From Octopus sinensis (lineage: Eukaryota), in the NCBI RefSeq assembly GCF_006345805.1, contig NC_043005.1:71114001-71178000 (forward strand): 64,000 bases of DNA, in the 5' to 3' direction. Below are positions 54,319-64,000 of this stretch, piece by piece. Below the pieces are notes generated by a model, which made no database searches, had not been told where the DNA came from, and saw only the letters and a list, made by a program, of their open reading frames with translations. Position numbers and translations under genes: made by a program. Numbering within the stretch: position 1 is the stretch's first letter; each line of letters starts with the position of its first letter.

Positions 54319-55704
54319 TGAGTGAAGCAGGTAAATGCATAAAATAAAACAGAATGACAAAAGTAGGCATGGGTGAGAGACAAGATTTAAACTAAAATTT
54401 GAAATTAAAGGAAAATGCTTGAATTCTGAGATGAGGAGAAAAATCAATGACGTTGTTAATAAAAACACAAAAATGGTCAAAGGTCCAAAATTATTTGGTA
54501 GATCATCCAGAAGATGGTAAGAACTGTTGTAAAAACACGTGTAATCCATGAAGGTGATAAAATAACTTAGATGGAGAAGGTGAAAGGCCAGATGTAACAC
54601 ACATGGTGCAGGAAAGATAGAAAATAGCTGAAATAGTGAAAACGTCTATTTTGAGAGAAGAGTTATCAGTAAAGGGAGAGAAGCAGCAGGGGAAGTTGGG
54701 GGGGGGAGTGTTGGCAAGCTGAGGTGTAGCAGTCATGCAGAAGTGACAGGTTGAAGGGGAGAAAGAAATGGGTGATTAAAAGCTATCAACCAAAACAAGG
54801 AGTGCCAAAGTGTAGAAGAATGCTGGTGTGAGTGTACCAGTGAAGGAAAGTTGTATGTTGATATGTGTATGTATGTGTGCGTTTCTGTGGGTGTTTGTGT
54901 ATGTATGTGTGTCTGTGTACTGGTGTGTGTATCTGTATAAGTCAAAGATGTGAATAGCTATGTATTGTAAGAGTGTGTATAAGAATGTCAGTGAGTGTGC
55001 TTGTGTGTGGGGGTTTGTATGTGTGCATGGTCATAGGTAAGAAAAAATAGGTGTGAGTGAGTATGTGTGTGTTCACACACATGAGTGTATGTGTATGTGT
55101 GTGTGTGTCAGAGATAATATGATAAGTGAACAGAGGTGTATGTATATGCATCTATGAATGAAAGATGCGAATGCTTGGAGAAAGAATCACCATAGGGGAA
55201 GTGTTTTTATTCCGTCTGCCATTTTCTTTCTTTTCTGCACCTCATAAGTAATGTCTGGTTTGCATTTTCTCAATCTTAGTTATATCATCTCCTTCATAGA
55301 TTGTACCAGTTTTTCCAACACCTCATACAATATTTTGAACACTTCATCAAATTTTTTAGACTTTGTAGCAGTTTTACTTTTCTTCTTGTTGCAGAATTCA
55401 AGCAGTTTTCAATCCATCTGGATTTTAATTTAAAGATTCCCACTTTGTTAAAACCTGTTTTTCCATCTCAGACTTCAATAACACCAACCAAGTTGCTCTT
55501 GACTTCCCATGTGCTTCATCAAGACCTTTATTCCCAGAAACTTGCAAACACTCTCACCTCTTCATATACATAGTTTCACACCAGCTGTTTAACAATTACA
55601 CACACATATACACACATATGCACATCAACATTCCACCCCCACAAAGCAATGTCACCATTCTTCCATACTTTCTTTGTCTATATTCATTCATAAAAAAAAG
55701 TGTG

Positions 55705-55950
55705 CTCTTTTAAAGCCTAGCCAGGCTCATGGGCCCAGTTTCCTAGTTTCAATGGCATATGTGTTCCCCAGCTGGACGGGATGCCAGTCCATTGCAGCGT
55801 TACTCATTTTTGCCAACTGAGTGGACTGGAGCAACGTGAAATGAAGTGTTTGGCTCAAGAACACAACACGTCGCCCAGTCCAGGAATCGAAACCACAATC
55901 TTATGATCATGATGCTGACACCCTAACCACTAAGCCATGTGCCTCCACAC
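55705..55950 (-). mobile_element. tRNA-derived SINE with V/Meta-domain-like motif
   Basis: Head gtggaggcacatggcttagtggttagg...ggtttcgattcc and body atggactggcatcccgtccag. Confidence 0.7.
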
Positions 55951-56469
55951 ATTCATTCATACATTATATTAACATACACACACCATGCTCACTTATATCC
56001 TCTCCCAGACACAGATTCATTCTGATATTTTCACCTACATAATTATCCCTTCCTTCCTTCTTATCACTTTCCATTGAACAGCATTCTCACTTGGTTACTA
56101 ACCTTTCCTCTTCCATTTTCTCCCTTATTATTCCACTTTCTCACATGCTATATACTTCTCTCTTTTCTTTTGATGAAGGACAACTGCTCAAAATGTTAAA
56201 ATGCTTTTTCTCCATTGAAGCATAATAGTAATTCTATATTTTCAGAAACATTAGTTTTTCTGTGTATTGTCATTTTTAATGATTTTTGTCTTTACATTAT
56301 ATATTTAATGCTTACCCATTTCCTCTTGATTTGACCTCAGAACTTCAGTTCTGAACTTTGCTTTGGATTATCACCCAAAATACTGCATATATTTATATGC
56401 ATCATATACATACATATTTGCATATATGTGGTGGGGGTGCATAAATAGAGCTTTTACCTCTGTTGGCAA

Positions 56470-57143
56470 CTGAAGGTTTCTCCCTCTGAGTGAAAGGAAG
56501 ACTGTATGATGCATATGACCAGCAGTTCTGCATGGTAGCAAGACCTGGGTCCTGAATGCAGATGACATGCGAGGGCTAGCAAGGAATATGGCTAGTATGT
56601 TCTGCTAGATGTGCAATATAAGTGTAAATATGCAACAGGGTGCTAGTGTACTGGGAGAACAGTTAATCGTAAGAGGAATTAGATGCAGTATGCAAGAGAG
56701 ATGACCGCACTGGTTTCATCATGTGATCTAGATGGATGTCACCGGCTCCATAAAGGAATGGTTATCACTCAAAGTGGATGGAACTCATGGAAGAGGGTGA
56801 CCCACGAAGACAAGAGTAAATAACTGAAGAATGATCTCAGGACACTGAAGATTATGGAGGACATGACAAAGGAGTGAGATATCTGGCACCTTGCTATATT
56901 CAAGAAGACCCATCCTCCACAGCAGAAACATTAAAGTTGGTGTGACGTAAAAAGCGCCCAGTACATGCTGTAAAGCAGTTGGCATTAGGAAGGGAATCCA
57001 GGTTTAGAAACCAAGCCAAATCAGACTGGAACCTGTTGCAGCTCTCCTGCTTGCCAGATCTGGCCAAACCATCAAACCCAAGCCAGCATGGAAGATGGAC
57101 ATTAAAGGATGATGATAGTGATGATGATGATGATGATGATGAT
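56470..57143 (+). mobile_element. Old RTE LINE 3' fragment
   Basis: Homologous to 24247-25290 (ctctgagtgaaaggaagactgtatgatgca; ends in (GAT)n). Confidence 0.8.
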
Positions 57144-57615
57144 GCATAAGCACATATCTATATAACATTTGTTTGAAGTTGATGGCTTCCTCTGTTGGCT
57201 TCAGCTGACATAAACATGAACGACAATACTTAGTAGGTGGTTCATGAAACAAAAGCAATGGGTTGTTGAATTGTTTGATTTTCATTTTATTGGTTTTGGT
57301 CTGGTGATAAGATTCCCTGCAACCAATATAGATTGACAGGCCTCTAATGAATGGTCTCCTTTGGAAAAATGGTTTGTTTATCTATCATTCATATGGGAGG
57401 GGAGATATTATTTTAAAAGAACTTTTGGTAGCCAAGTGAATTACTATTTTGTGATGTTGCCTTGTATCTTAGCAATGTGTCCTAGCGATGTATCATAGCA
57501 ATGTTACCAAGTATCTTAGCAATAATATGATCCATGTGGCCTGTATCATTGGTCGTGGGGACAGTTACCCTCTCTAAGGTCGAAATTTTTCAGAAAAAAT
57601 TTGTAGACATGCCTG

Positions 57616-57646
<31 letters not shown>

Positions 57647-58690
57647 GTTTAACGTCCGTTTTCCATACTAGCATGGGTTGGATGATTCGACTGGCGTCTG
57701 GGAAGCCATGAGACTGCACCAGGCTCCAGTCTATCTGGCAGTGTATCTAAAGCTGGATGCCCTTCCTAATGCCAACCACTCCATGAGTGTAGCGGGTGCT
57801 TTTTATGTGCCACCGGCACGGGGGCCAGAGGAGGCTGGCAAACGGCCACGATCGGACGGTACTTTTGCGTGTCACCGACAAAGACGCCAGTAATTGAGAC
57901 TATTTCATTCTATTTGTTCTGCATATTTTTTTAAAATAAATTTCTGTACCTGTTTTCCATACTTGGTGAAAAGCCTCCGGTTTTCTTGGCATATTTTCTA
58001 TCTATTCTCTGTAATACTGGCACAGATTCCAGAAAATGAAACCGCAAACACTGTCATGAGTCTATCAATCAAATTTAATTCCTAGTCAGTTGTCATTTCC
58101 CTTTCACTTATAACACTAACACTCTTGATTAATGTGTTGGTGTCACACTCTCTTATTTTAGCCTGTTTACCTTCCTCTAAATCGTATCAGGCGGGTTTTA
58201 AACAGCAGCAATCTCTATACAGATTCTAAATTTTTTCTATATTAGGATAGCGCTCTCATCACACTCAATTCTAGAAATATATACAATTTCAAATATAGTT
58301 TGAACTGCTATTAAAATACAAAACCATTTACTTAATAATAAAAACTCACCCAACAACATCCCTCAACCCTTTTGTTATAGTCATTCTGCCATTCTGCCAT
58401 TCTGTCATTCTGCCATCTGTTCTTTCTTATAACAATGGTATCTGCTGATTTTCTGAATATTTGCATAGAAATATCTATCTCAACCCGCTCCTCTTTCTTC
58501 CTGTTAATAAGTCATTTAATCACTCCTTCTGTCTCAGAACTGAAACCTTCTTGACTTCACCTCTTGTCTGCCTTGCTTCCTGATTTTGGAAGTGATAAAT
58601 AGTCTACAGACATAACACATCATACTTTTACTGATCTTAGTTATTGAAACTACGAAAGTAGTCACAATCTTCTAAAGTGTAGTAAATTAT

Positions 58691-58955
58691 ATTATTTACA
58701 TTATTTATATTTGACGGATATTTGTACTCATCTTGTTTGTTGTTAACACAACGTTTCGGCTGATATACTCTCCAGCCTTCATCAGGTGTCTTGGGGAAAT
58801 TTTAAACCTGGGTTCTCATTCCTAAGGTATTTTTCGATGTTCTTCTTCTTCTTCTTCTTATTATTATTATTATTATTATTCAGGTCACTGCATGGAATTG
58901 AACTTGAAATCTTGGGGTTAGTAGCCCACACTCTTAACCACTACGCCTTGTGCCC
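58691..58955 (-). mobile_element. SINE-like element: tRNA-Arg-like head + (AAT/AAG)n + hammerhead-containing tail
   Basis: Head GGGCACAAGGCGTAGTGGTTAAGAGTGTGGGCTACTAACCCCAAGATTTCAAGTTCAATTCC, hammerhead at 58745-58790, and short-repeat 3' tail. Confidence 0.7.
58745..58790 (-). ncRNA. Minimal type I hammerhead ribozyme, canonical core
   Basis: gacac-CTGATGA-a-ggctg(gagagtatat)cagcc-GAAAC-GTT-gtgtt. Stem I acac/gtgt, 5-bp stem II, palindromic aacgtt stem III. Confidence 0.8.
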
Positions 58956-60811
58956 GTGGGCTATTGTGTCATTATATTCAAGCCAGGTGGTATTTGTTTT
59001 GTGTCTCTACATCTATACGGGCATATGGTATATTGGTTAAGAGTGTGAAAAGTTTGTGTGTATGTGTGTGTGTGTGTGTGTGGTGTGTGTGTGTGTGTGT
59101 CAGAGGATGTACCCTCCACTACTGCTTAAAAACTGGTGTTAGTTTGTTTACATCCCTGTTACCTAGCATTTTGACAAAAGTTAATGATAGAATAAGTATC
59201 AGACATAAAAAAGGCCCGTTATTGATTCATTCAACTAAAATTTCATCAAGGTAGTGCACCAGCATGGCCACAGTCCAATGACTGAAACAAGCAAAAGATA
59301 AAAGATGCAATATTATTTAGATCAGTTGTTAATATTTTTCGATCCTTGACACAGTTAAAGGATATTAAAACTCTTACAGTATACAAAGAGTTGCTGGAAA
59401 CTTCTTGGCTTTAAGAATATTGTAAAAGGTCTGGTTGGAGGCCCAACCTTCTGAGTTCTTCTACAGGGCTTAGAAAAACTGAAGAACCACTGTAATGAGT
59501 ATGTGAATCTTAGAGGGAATATGTTGAATAAAATCATAATTAACTGATCTTCCTGTTTTTCTTTTATCCAAAGCCAGGAACTTTTCAGCACCCCTTCATA
59601 TCATAAGCTTTATAATACAATCATAAAATGCAAAAGGAGTACAAAATTTGATTTAAAACAGAGATGTGTGCCCACATTACAATTTGCCACAAAGGAATAT
59701 ACTTCAATCAGAATTGTGTATTAAGAGCACTCAATATTTCTAAATATTTTGGCATTTTACAACTCCCCTCAAAAGCTCACCTTACACACATGGCACATAA
59801 AAGTGCCAGAGAAAATATATACTATGGCATTCATATTCAGTGTGAGACACAAAAGTGCAACAATTGTAGATGAAATGCCTGGTGTGGTCCATAAAATACG
59901 TTATTTCATGTACTTTTTGCAAAAATAAAACCATTATGTCAATCCTGATAAGTTCTCTTATGTCAAAACAAATTGTTGTAATAAATTTAGTCTAGTTCTC
60001 TAGCGTTTCAAAATATCTATCAGTTTAATGTAGACATATATAATAACAAAATGTCTCTGGTCATGCAGATAGACATACGTAGGGAAATGTGTTTGTGTTC
60101 AGTGTACACATGCAATTTAAAAGATAATAAATTTGCTTTACATATATCAACTCAGTGATGTTTATATAGAGCAAGGAGTCTAAGTAAAAGTTTATTGATT
60201 TACATGCCATATTTATAATCAAATAAGGACTTGCAAACTTGTAAATACACAACAGACAACGTATATATATGTAATACAGATACGTATACTTGTATAACTG
60301 GACATGTGAGAATATACAAGAGCATATATACATGAATTTTTGTGAGTGTGTACGTCTGTGTGTATGCAACTGCATGTTTATGCATGAATGTTTACATTAT
60401 ATATATGTAGGTATTTATGTACTTATATATAAACTTACATATACATAAACACACACACACAAACGCACTCAAACACACACACATGTATATATACATGTAT
60501 ATCAATGCACATGTACATACATATGTGTGTTTGTGTGTATGTGTAAATGAGCATGTGTATTATATTCATCAGTATATTTAGAAGTTTGTAAGTCTTCATG
60601 TGACTGTAAAATGATAGGCTACTCTATAGAATTAACTTTTTCTTATATGTATGCATGAGTGCGTATGTGTGTGTGTGTGTGTGTATAATGAAGCTTTATA
60701 TATATATGTATAAAAACAATGAAGCATTAACAAGAAGAAGTGAAATATGTCTGTCACATTTTTCAACTGTTAAAAGGCAAATACATTGTAGTTACTGTGG
60801 AGAAAAAGAAT

Positions 60812-61082
60812 CTTAGGAATCCCAGACATCAATGTTTGGAGTTCTTTGACCCTTGTCAAAGAGATGTACCTAAGAGAGACAACTCTGAACAAACTAAAAA
60901 AAGTCGTAGCTAACATTTAGTTATTTACCTCAGTCAGGCGATCTACTAGCACATATCAGTCATCATGTTGACTGAATTATTTATAAAGCTAGGACTTTAA
61001 GTTCGTTCAGAGTTGTCTCTCTTAGCTACATCTCATTGACAAGAGCAAAACTCTCGAAACATCGATCTCTTGGATTCCTAAG
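60812..61082. repeat. Imperfect inverted repeat (arms 60812-60911 and 60987-61082) with decayed hammerhead motif
   Basis: Arms align (taagagagacaactctgaac / gttcagagttgtctctctta). The right arm contains TTGACAA-gag...ctc-GAAAC. Confidence 0.75.
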
Positions 61083-61269
61083 AGATTGTGACGCACATAC
61101 ATAAACATACACACATACATATATATCTAAATATTAACACAGGCATCTAGAAAATATGAACAAACATATATGTGTGTATGTATATACATACACACACCAC
61201 ACACATATATATATATATGTGTGTATATATGTATATATATGTATATATGTGTACATATATGTATATATA

Positions 61270-61317
<48 letters not shown>

Positions 61318-62612
61318 TATATATATATATGTAAATATATGTTTGTACATAATTCTAGAGGCATGTGTAAATATAAAGATGTGTGTGTATGTGTGTATGT
61401 ATGCATGTATGTACATATGTATGGGAAATAGATAGATAGATGTTACTACATATACACATATATGCACACATTATATAATATTACCAAAACTCTGAGTAGC
61501 TCTTCTCTTTTCCAAACACCCATTCCACTGTCTGAGATTCACATTGATTTATATAGAGGAGATTAACTAACCAAAGTACTTCAAATAAGTACTTAAAGAG
61601 AGAAAATCTTCATTAATCTCAACTGCAATCAGCAGTGAGAGTTCTGTGGATTTATTTGACATGCTAAGCTTAATAATACTATTGTTCAAAGCCATTATTC
61701 TTAAACAGGAAATATGTAAGTGATCTTTGCAAAGGAACTTTGACCCTGTGTTTGGCAACAGTGAACTAACTTGCCATTAGCTTACATTTTCAATCTAATC
61801 CTCAATAGCAATCACAATCACAACAGCAGTAGATTATTCTGCTGCTATCATGACACATCTTTTGAGTAAATGTTAAATGAAGCCCAGCATTTATTTATAT
61901 CTGAAATAAATTAATAGGCTTAACGTTTAAGCAAGTTTGAAATTAAAATAGTGCCTTGATGACAAAACATATTTCCATCATTCCCCAAACCCTTCTTCAA
62001 TGACAGAATTGATATAAGGGAAGAGTGGGCTGCTTTGCACCTTATTTATAAAAGAATGGGAACTCTGGAACTTTTGATGTCATGTTTATTTTACGTTATG
62101 CAATTCTTAGAGAAATTAAGTAAATCTTGAATGCGACTTTGTTCTGATGCTAAATTGCAATTAAAGATCAAAAGCGAGAAGAAAATGAGATCAATCTTAG
62201 GGCAAATAAAAGAGCATAAATTTATAAATGTGCAACTTCATTATCCTCTCTTAGTATTCTTATGAATATTAGAAAGTAACTCGGTAATATAATGTCACCA
62301 CATACTTGAAGGGGACACGATTTCCTTTGCAAACCTTGTTTTCTAGCCTGCAATCTTCCATAACGTAAATGAACGTTATGAGGTTTCTTCCTAATATATG
62401 TATGTGTGTGCATGTACGTATGTATGTATGCATGTGTGTGTGTGTGTGTAGCTATATACATTTACACAAACACACACACATATACACACATACACAAACA
62501 TACACACACGCATGCATGCACACACACATACACATACATGTACACACAACACACATTGAATGATTCATAAAGCGTGATTCTGAAAGAAATATATATATTT
62601 CATATATACACA

Positions 62613-62650
<38 letters not shown>

Positions 62651-63485
62651 ATGCATGTATGTATACTTGTATGTGTGTATGTGTGTATGTATTCACACAA
62701 ACGTATATATACACACATATATGTATATATATGCATGGATGTGTGTGTACATATATATATATATTTATGTATATATATATATATGCATGTATGTATATAC
62801 CTGCAAACACACACATATACACACGTGTACACACACACATATGAACACATACATACACACACACTCACTCACGTGCACACATGCATATAACACTTTCTTT
62901 TATAATTCTTTAGTGGATTCTTGATATCAACAACTAAAAATGTGGAAAACATCATTTTATTGTTTATATCATTGTTATATATTTTTGCTAATTACATTAA
63001 CTAAGTTCAAGCATGTTTCCAAAATTGCTGAAACAAATTAAAGACCAGCATCTATCATTTGGTAATTTTATTCTATTCTAGTAAAGCATTAGTGACACAT
63101 GAAAAATGCTTCTGCACATGTGTATATATGTATATAATGTATATGTTTATAGATATACATACACTCATACACACACATATATATTTATACTTATTTGTAT
63201 GCATGTATGTATATACATATATTGCTGTTAGTGCAACATAATTGTCATTATGTTTTACATTGTTAGGTGTTTTTATACACTTAAAAATTCCTCAAAAACT
63301 GAATATTTCTAGCCTGCTTTGTTGTATTCTAATACTTGATATTATACTAAGAAGATATTCACGTTGTGTCTATCAGATAATTCACTATTTCCATAACAAT
63401 ATGTATGTGTGCATGGTCATATATATTTATATATATACACATACATATATATATAATATACATATATATACATACATATATATAT

Positions 63486-63526
<41 letters not shown>

Positions 63527-63675
63527 ACAGCATCAAATTAGTAGTTGTTTGATTATTCGGTACAATCTTTAATGCAATTTGTGCCCTGAGTTCTAATCTT
63601 GAATACATCATCTGTTAAGTATATATATCTACATTTAGATATAAATGAATTTTGTATGTATGTATGTATGAATGT

Positions 63676-63729
<54 letters not shown>

Positions 63730-63748
63730 GGATAGATAGATTGATAGA

Positions 63749-63820
<72 letters not shown>

Positions 63821-64000
63821 TACACTCTTAGAGTGGTTCGCATTAGGAAGGGCATCCAGCCATAAAAACCATGCCAAATCAGACTGGAATCTGGTGCAGC
63901 CCTCAGCTTACCAGCCCTGGTCAAACCATCCAAACCATGCCAGCATGGACAATGGATGCTAAATGATGATGATAATGATGCTGATACATACGTACATATT

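Noticed and set aside
58890-58955. Functional tRNA gene
   Set aside because: The acceptor and T stems are disrupted, the ACT anticodon is atypical, and it is followed by a repeat tail. Treated as a SINE head.

Overview
AT-rich eukaryotic (metazoan) genomic DNA, dense in microsatellites (TA, CA, ATGT, GATA, TAC/CAC) and interspersed repeats. The repeat families suggest an octopus or other coleoid cephalopod; this is an inference. Almost all ORFs in the supplied track are microsatellite or transposon artefacts. Recognisable content: several tRNA-derived SINE families, an RTE LINE (RT, 3' part) with many shorter 3' fragments, R4/Dong-like LINE and mariner remnants, and Helitron/Helentron-like non-autonomous elements. 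There are also many Penelope-like element (PLE) remnants, several arranged as fold-back inverted repeats and carrying hammerhead-ribozyme motifs. There is a housekeeping-type promoter near 7.9 kb and a hand-assembled, phase-consistent chain of small minus-strand exons at 19.5-26.8 kb encoding an unidentified protein. The most unusual item is a ~265-bp element at 58.7-58.95 kb that joins a tRNA-Arg-like Pol III head to an intact minimal hammerhead ribozyme. U3-A8 covariant hammerheads and a head-to-head PLE palindrome with 1.8-kb arms also stand out. No database searches were run, and repeat boundaries are approximate unless stated otherwise.
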